Shown: positions 1-8,925 of the stretch, one piece after another
Layout of the letters: every line of letters begins with the position of its first letter
Position numbering within the stretch: the stretch's first letter is position 1
Assembly: GCF_000008625.1 (NCBI RefSeq)
Contig: NC_000918.1
Coordinates: 1,290,001-1,322,000 of the forward strand
Source: Aquifex aeolicus VF5
GTDB taxonomy: Bacteria; Aquificota; Aquificia; Aquificales; Aquificaceae
Direction of reading: 5' to 3'
Length of the DNA stretch: 32,000 nt
The notes under the pieces: generated by a model
The model's database searches: none
The model's input: the letters and a program-made list of their open reading frames with translations, nothing else
Told to the model about the DNA's origin: nothing
Program-made: the position numbers and the translations under genes

Positions 1-1560
1 AAGAGACCTAACGTACAGATAGGGGATCCGTACTTTGGGAAGAAGCTCGTGGAAGCAATAATGGAGATAGTGGAGAAGGATTTAATCGTCGGAATGCAGG
101 ATCTGGGAGCTGCAGGGCTTGCAGGCTCTGCTTCCGAAATAGCTGCAAAGTCCGAAAAGGGTGTGGAACTTTACCTAGAAAACGTCCCCTTAAGGGAAAA
201 GGATATGAACCCCTACGAGATACTCCTTTCAGAGAGTCAGGAGAGGATGCTTCTCGTTGTGGAAGAAGAAAACGTTGAAAAGGTCAAAGAGATAGCCAAT
301 AAGTGGCACCTTGAGGGTGCGGTAGTAGGAAAGATAACCGATGACGATACATTCAGGGCTTACTACAAAGGAGAACTGGTTGCAGAACTACCCGTTTCAC
401 TTATAGTAGACGAAGCTCCCGTTTACGATAGACCCTACAAAGAACCCGAATACATGAAGGAAGTGAGGAATTTCAATCAAGAGGAGCTTCCTCAAACAGA
501 TGTAAAAGAAGCCCTCAAAAAACTCCTATCTTCGCCAAACATTTCGTGCAAGGAGTGGGTTTACACTCAGTACGACTATCAAGTAGGAACGAACACCCTC
601 CTTATCCCCGGGCACGACGCAGCGGTTTTAAGACTCAAGTGGGTTCTAAGACCGGAGCTCACAACAGAAAAAGGAATAGCCATATCTTCCGAAGGAAACG
701 GCAGGATGGTTTACCTCAATCCCTACGAAGGGGGGAAGTTCGTAGTCGCGGAAGTTTGCAGAAACCTCGCGTGTGTAGGAGCAAAACCCTTAGCCATAAC
801 GGACTGTCTTAACTTCGGAAATCCAGAAAGACCGGAGATAATGTGGCAGTTCGTAAAGGCTGTAGAGGGAATGGCAGAAGCGTGTGAGGAACTCGGTATT
901 CCGGTAGTGAGCGGGAACGTATCCCTTTACAATGAAACCGTTGAGAAAAACGAAATCAGGAACGTATTTCCTACTCCCATAGTCGTAGGTGTGGGTGTCT
1001 TAGAAAAGGCGGAGAAGTATACGCCTTCAAAAGTAGAAAAGGAAAGTGAGCTGTACCTCGTTGGAAACCTTGAGGAGAACTTAAGACTTGACGGAAGTGA
1101 GTACCTCAAAGTAATCCACGGACTTATAAAGGGAGATGTGCCTCCTGTAGACCTTGAAAAGGAAAAGATACTTATAAACCTTCTCATCTCTTTTAACAAC
1201 AAGGAATTGATAACCTGTGCCCACGACGTTTCCGTAGGAGGACTGTTAATCGCACTCCTTGAAATGGTCTTTAGAACACCCTACGGTCTTGAAGTGGAAG
1301 TTTACACCGATGAAAGACCGGATGTGTTCTTCTTCTCGGAAAACCCCACAAGGGTGATTATAGGCGTGGAAAGTGATAAGGCGGAAGAGGTAAAGAACGC
1401 CGTTGAAAAGGCTGGACTTGAGTGGATGTACATAGGAAAAACGACGGAAGAGAAAAAGATAAAAGTAACCTTCAACGGAGATACTCTCTTAGAGGACGAG
1501 CTTGAGGAGTACGAAAAGTTATGGAGAACTTCCTTAGAAAAACTGCTTGGCTCTACTTAA
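1..1560 (+). CDS. purL: Phosphoribosylformylglycinamidine synthase subunit II, 5' truncated by window edge
   Basis: The frame is open from base 1 (KRPNVQIGDPYFGKKLVEAIMEIVEKDLIVGMQDLGAAGLAGS). PurL-like motifs include GHDAAVLR, ACVGAKPLAITDCLNFGNPE and VSGNVSLYNET. Confidence 0.95.
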   Translation, partial: KRPNVQIGDPYFGKKLVEAIMEIVEKDLIVGMQDLGAAGLAGSASEIAAKSEKGVELYLENVPLREKDMNPYEILLSESQERMLLVVEEENVEKVKEIANKWHLEGAVVGKITDDDTFRAYYKGELVAELPVSLIVDEAPVYDRPYKEPEYMKEVRNFNQEELPQTDVKEALKKLLSSPNISCKEWVYTQYDYQVGTNTLLIPGHDAAVLRLKWVLRPELTTEKGIAISSEGNGRMVYLNPYEGGKFVVAEVCRNLACVGAKPLAITDCLNFGNPERPEIMWQFVKAVEGMAEACEELGIPVVSGNVSLYNETVEKNEIRNVFPTPIVVGVGVLEKAEKYTPSKVEKESELYLVGNLEENLRLDGSEYLKVIHGLIKGDVPPVDLEKEKILINLLISFNNKELITCAHDVSVGGLLIALLEMVFRTPYGLEVEVYTDERPDVFFFSENPTRVIIGVESDKAEEVKNAVEKAGLEWMYIGKTTEEKKIKVTFNGDTLLEDELEEYEKLWRTSLEKLLGST

Positions 1561-2024
1561 GTATAGCAGTAAGCGTCTTTTTACTCGACATAATTACCAA
1601 AAATCTAGCGGAGAAGTTATTTACAACTCACGTTGAAGTGTTTCCCTTTCTGGAGTTTTACCTGATATACAACAAAGGCGTAGCCTTCGGTCTCCTTTCC
1701 GAACTTCCTGATCCTTTGAGGCTTCCTTTGCTCTTGATAACTCCCGTTATAGCCCTGATAATTACGTTCCTTTACGCGCTATACAGCGGAGACAGGATTG
1801 TTGCAATCTCCATGGGATTAATAGGAGGAGGTGCACTCGGAAACCTCTACGACAGGTTATTTCTCGGAATGGTGAGAGACTTTATACACCTACATATAGG
1901 GGAGTATTACTGGCCAGCCTTTAACATCGCAGACGCTTCCATAAGTATAGGTATTGCTCTCTTAATACTCAAGTACTTCTTCACTAAGCCTGCCCTCAAA
2001 AACCTTGTAAACAGAACCCGTTAG
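1521..2024 (+). CDS. lspA: Lipoprotein signal peptidase (signal peptidase II)
   Basis: Four hydrophobic segments with family motifs LDIITKNLA, NKGVAFG, GGALGNLYDR and VRDFI..FNIADASI. Confidence 0.95.
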   Translation: MENFLRKTAWLYLSIAVSVFLLDIITKNLAEKLFTTHVEVFPFLEFYLIYNKGVAFGLLSELPDPLRLPLLLITPVIALIITFLYALYSGDRIVAISMGLIGGGALGNLYDRLFLGMVRDFIHLHIGEYYWPAFNIADASISIGIALLILKYFFTKPALKNLVNRTR

Positions 2025-2801
2025 GAAGACTTCTTTTAAATCCTCCGAAAAATCTATCGTGAGTACCTCACCGCTTCTAGTTAGAACGTTTACGGGCTTT
2101 TTCTTCACTAGACCCTTTAAGTAAGAAACAATGGCACAGGCGGTAGCTCCCGTTCCGCAGGCGAGCGTTTCACTCTCAACTCCCCTTTCATATGTTCTCA
2201 CTTTTATAGTATCCTCGCTTACCGGCTGGACGAAGTTTACGTTCGTTCCCTTCGGCTGGAATTCTTCGTGAAACCTTATAGCCCTACCGAGCTTTATCAC
2301 GTTTACCTTTTCAACATCTTCCACAGGAACTACGAAGTGCGGAACACCCGTATTTATGAAAACACCGATTACTTCCTCTCCATCCACGGTTAGTGTCTTC
2401 TCTTCGGGCTTTGAGGGAGGCGTCAACTGAACCTTTACCTTCCTTCCGTTTTCGTAAACCTCCGCCTTTATAACACCCGCAAGGGTTTCAAACCTGACCT
2501 TATTCCCTACAATTCCCCTTTCGTATGCAAACCTAACGGCACACCTCGAACCGTTCCCGCACATCTCCGCCACGGAACCGTCGGAGTTAAAAAACTCCCA
2601 CTTGAAGTCGTTTTCAGGATTGTCTGGATTTTTAATGAGTATCAACCCATCCGCACCGACTCCCGTGTGAAAGGCACACACCTTCCTAACAAAATCTTCT
2701 TTTGATACACCTCTTTCCTTTAAAAAGCTTTCGAGTTTTTCGTCCCTGTCGTCTATTACCACGAAGTCGTTTCCCGATCCCTGTAGCTTCCAGAATTCCA
2801 T
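1962..2801 (-). CDS. dapF: Diaminopimelate epimerase
   Basis: GSGNDFVVID, EMCGNGSRC and ERGVESETLACGTGATA catalytic Cys motifs. Confidence 0.96.
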   Translation of the reverse strand: MEFWKLQGSGNDFVVIDDRDEKLESFLKERGVSKEDFVRKVCAFHTGVGADGLILIKNPDNPENDFKWEFFNSDGSVAEMCGNGSRCAVRFAYERGIVGNKVRFETLAGVIKAEVYENGRKVKVQLTPPSKPEEKTLTVDGEEVIGVFINTGVPHFVVPVEDVEKVNVIKLGRAIRFHEEFQPKGTNVNFVQPVSEDTIKVRTYERGVESETLACGTGATACAIVSYLKGLVKKKPVNVLTRSGEVLTIDFSEDLKEVFLTGSVYKVFEGRLSEEVLEY

Positions 2802-2806
2802 AAAAG

Positions 2807-3205
2807 ATGATTATAGTAAGAAGTATGGAAGAAAAAGAGATAAGCTCCATGAACGTAATACCCCTCGTTGACATAATGCTCGTACTACTCACGATAGTCC
2901 TCACCACCGCTACATTTATAGCAAAAGGTGAAATCCCCGTAGAACTCCCAGAGGCAAAGTCCGGAAAAGCGGTTCAGCCTCAAGAAAGTGTAGTGATAAC
3001 GATAACAAAGGAGGGAAAGATTTACCTCAAAAGTAGAGAAGTGTCCTACGAGGAACTGAAAGAATTCCTGAAAACCCTAAACAGACAAACACCCGTAGAG
3101 ATTAACGCGGACAAAAACGCGAAACTTGAGAACTTCGTGAAGGTGTTTGACCTGCTGAACCAGTACGGTTTTAAGAACGTAAATCTTTTGGTGAAGAAGG
3201 AATGA
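2807..3205 (+). CDS. exbD: ExbD/TolR family biopolymer transport protein; start may be the internal ATG at 2825
   Basis: N-terminal MNVIPLVDIMLVLLTIVL transmembrane segment with conserved Asp and a C-terminal periplasmic domain typical of ExbD/TolR. Confidence 0.85.
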   Translation: MIIVRSMEEKEISSMNVIPLVDIMLVLLTIVLTTATFIAKGEIPVELPEAKSGKAVQPQESVVITITKEGKIYLKSREVSYEELKEFLKTLNRQTPVEINADKNAKLENFVKVFDLLNQYGFKNVNLLVKKE

Positions 3206-3220
3206 GTTAAATTATTCTTT

Positions 3221-3427
3221 ATGGGCGAAAAGGAGTTAAAAATTCAGGGCATGACGTGCCAGCATTGTGTAAACACCGTAAAAAGAGCATTGAGTGAAGT
3301 TGAAGGAGTATCGGAGGTGGAAGTTTCCCTGGAAGAAGGGAAGGCGAAAGTAAAACTCGAAAAGGAAGTGCCCTTTGAAACCCTAAAGGAAGCTGTAGAA
3401 ACTTGGGGATACAAGGTAGTGGAATAA
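3221..3427 (+). CDS. Heavy-metal-associated domain protein (CopZ/MerP-like copper chaperone)
   Basis: 68 aa with the MTCQHCVNTVKRAL metal-binding motif and ferredoxin-like HMA length. Confidence 0.88.
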   Translation: MGEKELKIQGMTCQHCVNTVKRALSEVEGVSEVEVSLEEGKAKVKLEKEVPFETLKEAVETWGYKVVE

Positions 3428-3460
3428 TTGAAAATAAATTTCAATTGCAATAAATTATAA

Positions 3461-4582
3461 ATGATGATGGTAGAGTTAAAGGGTAAAGTAGAAGAACTTA
3501 GAAAACGGCTTGAAGACGTAAAGAAGATACTTTCTCCTGAGAAACTTGAGAGTGAATTAAAAGAACTCGACCAGAAGATGTCAGAACCAAACTTCTGGGA
3601 GGATCAGGAAAAGGCCAAGCAGGTAATACAGAGAAGGAAGTGGGTAGAGGAAACTCTGAATAAATTGAAAAACCTTGAAAAGAGTGTAAAGGATTTAGAG
3701 GAGCTAGTGGAGATAACTTCCGAAGAGGACACGGAAACCTGGGCGATGATGGACGAAGAAATCAAAGAAGTGGAAAGGACTCTAAGAGAACTCGAACTAA
3801 AGACTTACCTTTCCGGAGAGATGGACGCCAAGAACGCGTATCTCACCATACAGGCGGGTGCGGGAGGAACGGAAGCCTGTGACTGGGCCGATATGCTCTT
3901 CAGGATGTACAAGAGATGGGCTGAAAAGAAAGGGTACGAGGTTGAACTCATAGACATAACTCCCGACGACGTAGCCGGTATAAAGAGCGTTACAGTCCTC
4001 GTAAAAGGTCCATACGCTTACGGATACCTGAAGGGAGAGCAGGGAGTTCACAGACTCGTGAGGATTTCTCCCTTCGACGCGAACGCAAGGAGACACACCT
4101 CCTTTGCGGCAGTCTCCGTTATGCCCCAGATAGACGAGGACATAAAGATAGAAATAAAACCTGAGGACCTGAAGATAGAAACCTTCAGGGCTTCGGGAGC
4201 GGGAGGACAGTACGTAAACAAAACCGATACTGCGGTTAGGATTACACACATTCCCACAGGCATAACAGTATCCTGTCAGCAAGAAAGGTCTCAGTACCAG
4301 AACAAGAGAAAAGCACTTGAACTTCTGAAGGCTAAACTCTATCAGCTCGAGATGAAGAAACTGGAAGAAAAGAAAAAGCAGTACGAAGGCGAGAAAACGG
4401 ACATAGGCTGGGGTCACCAGATCAGATCCTACGTCTTTCACCCCTACAAACTAATAAAGGACCTCAGAACGGGTTACGAGACGGGAAACGTGGAAGCAGT
4501 AATGGACGGAGAGATAGACGAGTTCATAGAAAGTTACCTAAAGTGGAAAGCTCAAAAGGAAAAAGAATCATCCAACAACTAA
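3461..4582 (+). CDS. prfB: Peptide chain release factor 2, encoded in a single frame
   Basis: [25 protein letters not shown] (GGQ motif) and SPF tripeptide ([14 protein letters not shown]) diagnostic of RF2. Confidence 0.96.
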
Positions 4583-5440
4583 TACCTGCTTTCCTTCTGC
4601 ACTCTCTTCAAAACCCTCCACGTAAAGGCTGAGCAGCTTAGCCCCCTCCACCAGAGCTTGAATTAAGACGGGATCCCTCAATCTGAAAGGGGGGTCCAGC
4701 TCGTAAACAACCTTTGCATACCCCCTGTCAAGCTTAACGAAAACGGATAGAGTTCCCTTATCGTAATCAAAAACCTCCTCTCCTTCTACTTCGTTAACGG
4801 GTATAACACTTATCCTCTTTACGTTGAATTCCCTCTTTAGTCCCTCGAAGTAGTCTTTGGGCTCTTTACTTTCCCTCAAAAGCTTCAAAATCTTCCTTAA
4901 GTTTGAAAACATCCTCTTTTCTCTCTCAAAGTTTGAGAACTCTTTCAACAATTTATGGTAATTCTTCTTCAGCTTTAAGATACGTTTCCTTTCCTTCCCT
5001 ACAACCGTAGCGTACTCAAAGTTGTACGACGTAAAGAAAAGTGCCAGAAACAATATAAAGTGAGAAATCATCAAAAGGTAATGACCGGAGAAATAAAAAA
5101 AAGCAAGGCCGTAAGTTTCAAGAAGAATTATTCCCGCTAGAACAGGTTTTCTCCAAGCGTAAACGGATATTAAAACTCCTAAAGCGTAAATAGAGTAAAG
5201 AATTTTAGAGAAAAATACAAAGGCAGGAACGAGAATTATATCCAGAAAAGGAGAAATTAATTGAAGAATTCTTGGTTTTGAAAAGAAGTAAACGTAAACG
5301 TTTATCAAGAAGTAAACTGAGAGAATTCCGACCGCAATGTAATTAACGTTCTCATACGAAATAAGAAGGAGTGTGGAGAGATAGAGGACGACTAAAAGCC
5401 TTGCTACGAAGAAAACCTCCCTTTTTACTTTATCCAGCAT
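4568..5440 (-). CDS. Polytopic membrane protein with a soluble C-terminal region (possibly GAF-like); function unknown
   Basis: About six hydrophobic segments, then a coiled-coil linker ([28 protein letters not shown]) and a globular tail. Confidence 0.7.
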
Positions 5441-5461
5441 TAATTTAAAAATAGCACACTT

Positions 5462-6496
5462 TTACTTAAGTACTAAGGTAAACTCGTACGTACCTTTAGG
5501 AGTTTTTTTTACGCTTTCAGGTTTTAAACGCCTGACTATTTCCTCGTTCCCCTCCCCTACTAACTTTAAAACCCCGTTCGTGTACTCAATCCTGTAAACT
5601 TTTACACCTTGAGGCAGTTTCATAAAAGCTTTATTGAACTTAATTAAAACGGATTCTTTTTGTGTTTTGGTTAAACTTTTTAACTGCTCTTCCACCAACA
5701 CAGGCGGGATATCGGGAAACTTCTGGGAAAACAATTCCTTCTTTTTTTGATTTAAAGTTTTGAGTGTTTCCTTCTTTACAGGCTCCTTTAGCGTAAAGTA
5801 CGCAAAAAAGGCAAGCGTGGACACACCCAAGAACAGGGCTAAAGTCCTCTGTTCCTTCTGAGATATCTCCTCCTTTCTGAAAGAAGGACTTGAATCCTTG
5901 TACACGAACTTCAGGGAAGCCCCAAATGCTGAATTTAGTTCCGGCTCACAGTAATCGTTAAACAAAGGTTTTTCTACGAATTCTTCTATTCCCTTCAGTC
6001 TTGCTCCCCCTCCACTAAGGAGTACCTCTCCCGAAAGGTCCACACCTAACCCTTCCATTATTTCGTGAAATGCTTTTTTGACAATTTCGTTTTTTAAGCC
6101 TTTTTCTTTTTTAATCCTTTCAGCTTCTTCGTAGTTTACGTTTAAGTTCTTTACTAAGTATTCGTTTAAATAATCTCCGCCCTTTAAAACTACTCTGTAA
6201 AAATCCAGTTCTCCCTTTGAAACTTTAACGAAGGTCGTTTTTCTCCTTCCTATATCGAGTATTTTTAGTTCTTCCTTTCCGAGAACTCCGGATATTCTCG
6301 CAAGGGAGAATACCTCGCAATCCAGTGCGTAGTAATCCTTTGGAACTTCAAAGTCTTTTGCAAGAACCAAGTAGTAGTAGCCATCTTTAAGTGAAAAGTC
6401 CCACAGAACTTCACCGAATTGTGAAACTTCATACTTTAAGTATTCCTTCAATTCGGATATCTTTTTAATTTCTGTTTTTTCTTTTTTACGAGACAC
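5462..6496 (-). CDS. PilM/GspL-like actin-fold protein with C-terminal TM; this ORF is probably N-terminally incomplete (see 6448..6615)
   Basis: LDIGRRKTTFVKVSKGELDFYR and GEVLLSGGGARLKGIEEFVE resemble phosphate-2/adenosine motifs of PilM/FtsA-type ATPases. It also has a TM (TLALFLGVSTLAFFAYFTL) and a PilN-like tail. Confidence 0.75.
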   Translation of the reverse strand: MSRKKEKTEIKKISELKEYLKYEVSQFGEVLWDFSLKDGYYYLVLAKDFEVPKDYYALDCEVFSLARISGVLGKEELKILDIGRRKTTFVKVSKGELDFYRVVLKGGDYLNEYLVKNLNVNYEEAERIKKEKGLKNEIVKKAFHEIMEGLGVDLSGEVLLSGGGARLKGIEEFVEKPLFNDYCEPELNSAFGASLKFVYKDSSPSFRKEEISQKEQRTLALFLGVSTLAFFAYFTLKEPVKKETLKTLNQKKKELFSQKFPDIPPVLVEEQLKSLTKTQKESVLIKFNKAFMKLPQGVKVYRIEYTNGVLKLVGEGNEEIVRRLKPESVKKTPKGTYEFTLVLK

Positions 6497-6615
6497 TTGT
6501 GAGAAGGGATTACGTATATTTTTTTCCCTTTCTTACTTGTAGGCTCCCAGGTTTTCTCCAAGAGTGAGTAAGATACGCTGAACCACTTCTCCCCGTCAAT
6601 GCCCGTAAAGATCAT
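6448..6615 (-). CDS. Short ORF absent from the supplied track; likely the true N-terminus of the PilM/GspL-like protein in the 0 frame
   Basis: MIFTGIDGEKWFSVSYSLLEKTWEPTSKKGKKIYVIPSHKCLVKKKKQKLKRYPN*. Its ATG overlaps the GTPase stop as ATGA. 'FTGIDGEKWFSV' resembles the actin-fold phosphate-1 strand, and 'KIYVIPSHKCLVKK' resembles the PilM 'VVVSLPGSSVIVR' strand. Confidence 0.65.
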   Translation of the reverse strand: MIFTGIDGEKWFSVSYSLLEKTWEPTSKKGKKIYVIPSHKCLVKKKKQKLKRYPN

Positions 6616-7172
6616 CCTTCCATGTAAGATTTAATCAGTTTAAGTAAAAGCAGGAGGGTTTTCTTTACGTCTTCCTTGTTCTTCGCAGAGATTCCTATAA
6701 CGGGTATCCCTTCTTCTTCGGATATGTCTAAAGCTACGGCAACGTCTTCAGGAGGCCAGGCGTTTGGGAGATCCTGCTTGTTTGCCGCAACAACCATAGG
6801 AACCGGATACCTGCTCTGGAAGAAGTTTATTATCCTCCTCGCCTCGTGAAAGGTCTTCGGATCAGTACTGTCTACGAGTATTACTATGCCGAGGGCACCT
6901 TCTCCTAGAATTTCCCACATGAAGTTAAACCTGCTCTGTCCGGGGGTTCCGAAAAGGTAAAGCTCGTGTTCATCGTCTATCCTTATCTTTCCAAAATCCA
7001 TGGCAACTGTTGTCTGCTGTTTTACCTCTTTTTCCTTTTCGTGGGTTACTTTTTTGTCCGTAGTTACTGGTTCTATTTCGCTTATAGTCTTTATAAACTC
7101 CGTTTTTCCCGCTGCAAAAGGTCCTGCTACAACTATCTTTATTTTCTTTAAGTTATTCTTCTTTTCCGTCAT
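6612..7172 (-). CDS. MglA/Arf-like small GTPase (COG2229-type)
   Basis: P-loop GPFAAGKTEF, G3-like LFGTPGQSRF, G4 AANKQDLPNA and G5-like ISAKN. Confidence 0.88.
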   Translation of the reverse strand: MTEKKNNLKKIKIVVAGPFAAGKTEFIKTISEIEPVTTDKKVTHEKEKEVKQQTTVAMDFGKIRIDDEHELYLFGTPGQSRFNFMWEILGEGALGIVILVDSTDPKTFHEARRIINFFQSRYPVPMVVAANKQDLPNAWPPEDVAVALDISEEEGIPVIGISAKNKEDVKKTLLLLLKLIKSYMEG

Positions 7173-7861
7173 AACTTCTTGATTTTTTCAATTAATTTCG
7201 TCAAAAGATCCAAAGAAATCGTAGGCTTTCTTATCTCTTTTTTCCTCTTTCGTCTTATAGCACCTATAGCGAGGAGTCCGTAGAGTGTTCTGTACACGGT
7301 CAACTTATCAAGTCCGCTCTTTTCCAGTATATCTTTTACGGTGTTCTCTCCGTTTACCAGTTCCAGAACTTTTCTTTCTTCTTCCTTCAGGTTAGCCCTT
7401 TGCACTTTTACTTCCCAATCGGGGGCTTTTTCGAATACGAGGAGTTCATCGGATATCTTTCTCTCTGTTTCTTCAAGGGTGAGGTGGCGGGCAGCCTCCA
7501 TTATGAGTTCTTCCGCCGGAAAGGCAACCGGCACGTTCTCTGGATAATTTATAAACCCCTGTGTAAAGGAAAATATTCCGTCTTTGTTTTCCAGCCTGCT
7601 CAGGAAAAACTTCTTAATGGTTTCCGCCATAGTCCTTTCATTGAGCCTAAGCTTTTCTATCAACTTTTCAAAGTCACGATCTACGTAAACCCTGAAGACT
7701 TTATCCACCGGTCTTGCGAGTACAAGTTCTCCGTCTTTTATGTAGTAAGCAACCGTGATGTCGGGCCACTCGACTATCAGCACACCGCTCTTTTTATCGT
7801 GGTGAAGAACTTGAAGAATATCCGCAAAGGAAAAGGACTTTAAATCTCCCGTGAGAGCCAT
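7169..7861 (-). CDS. PATAN/DUF4388-like domain protein with C-terminal winged-helix-like segment
   Basis: MALTGDLKSFSFADILQVLHHDKKSGVLIVEW is a typical DUF4388 N-terminus. The C-terminal part (LVNGENTVKDILEKSGLDKLTVYRTLYGLLAIGAI) looks helix-turn-helix-like. Overlaps the GTPase start by 4 nt. Confidence 0.8.
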   Translation of the reverse strand: MALTGDLKSFSFADILQVLHHDKKSGVLIVEWPDITVAYYIKDGELVLARPVDKVFRVYVDRDFEKLIEKLRLNERTMAETIKKFFLSRLENKDGIFSFTQGFINYPENVPVAFPAEELIMEAARHLTLEETERKISDELLVFEKAPDWEVKVQRANLKEEERKVLELVNGENTVKDILEKSGLDKLTVYRTLYGLLAIGAIRRKRKKEIRKPTISLDLLTKLIEKIKKL

Positions 7862-7864
7862 CGC

Positions 7865-8218
7865 TTAGATGAGTTCCTTTAATTTCTGCTGAGCCTTCTT
7901 GATTTCCATATAAATCAATCCAAGTTTACTGTCCTGTCCCGCTAAAGTCGTGAGAACGGCATCCTGTCCTATTTCCGTTATTACTACGTATCCTTTATCT
8001 CCCTTGATCGTTATCTGCTCCATAGTTCCCTTACCGAGTTCTTCAACGACTCTTTCACCGAGTGAGAGTATGGCGGCACTCATAGCGGCTACTTTGTCCT
8101 CTTCTGCGTTCGCGGGAAGAACTGAAGCTATGGGTAATCCGTCTAGACTCACTATAGCCGCCCCCTCAATCCCTGAAGCCTTTATCAATTCCTGTAGAAC
8201 TTCCTCGTATTTATTCAT
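7865..8218 (-). CDS. Roadblock/LC7 domain protein (MglB-like)
   Basis: ELIKASGIEGAAIVSLDGLPIAS plus the remaining alpha/beta pattern to QQKLKELI (117 aa). Confidence 0.88.
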   Translation of the reverse strand: MNKYEEVLQELIKASGIEGAAIVSLDGLPIASVLPANAEEDKVAAMSAAILSLGERVVEELGKGTMEQITIKGDKGYVVITEIGQDAVLTTLAGQDSKLGLIYMEIKKAQQKLKELI

Positions 8219-8230
8219 TCTTTCCCTCCA

Positions 8231-8890
8231 TTACTTAAAAAATTCTAACTCCTTTTCTATTTCTTCCAGAATACTTTTAGTTCTGGTTATTTCCGCTTTC
8301 ACCAATTCCTCTTCACCGGCTTCGGCGTAATTTTTCACTTTCTTTATTGTATCATCCAACTCGTAAATTTTGCGTTTTATGTTGTCAATCTTCTTTGCAA
8401 TTTCACTTAAAGATTCTCTGAGTATTTCTCCGAGAGCACCCGCTGGGTCGAGACCGGTCGGCAACGCTCCGTACTCTATTTCACCCTGCTTTAACCTTTC
8501 AACTACTTCCATAATTTGGCCGAGCTTTTCAACAACTTCCGTATACTCCACGTGGACGTCTGCAAGTTGCTTTTCCAGAGAACTTTTAACGTTTTTTATA
8601 CCTCCTTCAATATAACTCACTATATCCCGTAGCTCCTCGTACAGGGGGGAGTAAAAGACACTTCCTTCAAGGTTTTGTCTATTTTCGTAAACAAATTCCG
8701 CAAAGTAGAGAAGCACTCCTAGAAGTTTTTCTACCTTTTTTGTGTATACGTAAGAAGTAAAGGCTGAAACAAAGAGGGCGTAACCTCCGGCGATTAAGGA
8801 AGATACTATTAATTCCGTTTTTAATACAAAGAAGAGAATCAAGAAGTTCAATAAAAATAGAAAAATAAAAATAAAAAGATAAGCTTTCAA
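8231..8890 (-). CDS. Two-TM N-terminus plus long coiled-coil protein; function unknown
   Basis: Two hydrophobic N-terminal helices followed by charged heptad-rich sequence; same strand and tight spacing with the Roadblock gene. Confidence 0.65.
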   Translation of the reverse strand: MKAYLFIFIFLFLLNFLILFFVLKTELIVSSLIAGGYALFVSAFTSYVYTKKVEKLLGVLLYFAEFVYENRQNLEGSVFYSPLYEELRDIVSYIEGGIKNVKSSLEKQLADVHVEYTEVVEKLGQIMEVVERLKQGEIEYGALPTGLDPAGALGEILRESLSEIAKKIDNIKRKIYELDDTIKKVKNYAEAGEEELVKAEITRTKSILEEIEKELEFFK

Positions 8891-8925
8891 AAACTCATCG
8901 GTTAAAGAAATCCACTTCAGTACCT

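Noticed and set aside
3797-4441. 214-aa minus-strand ORF opposite prfB
   Set aside because: It lies wholly antisense to the GGQ-containing RF2 gene, has low-complexity Phe/Leu/Ser composition typical of antisense reading, and shows no recognisable motif.
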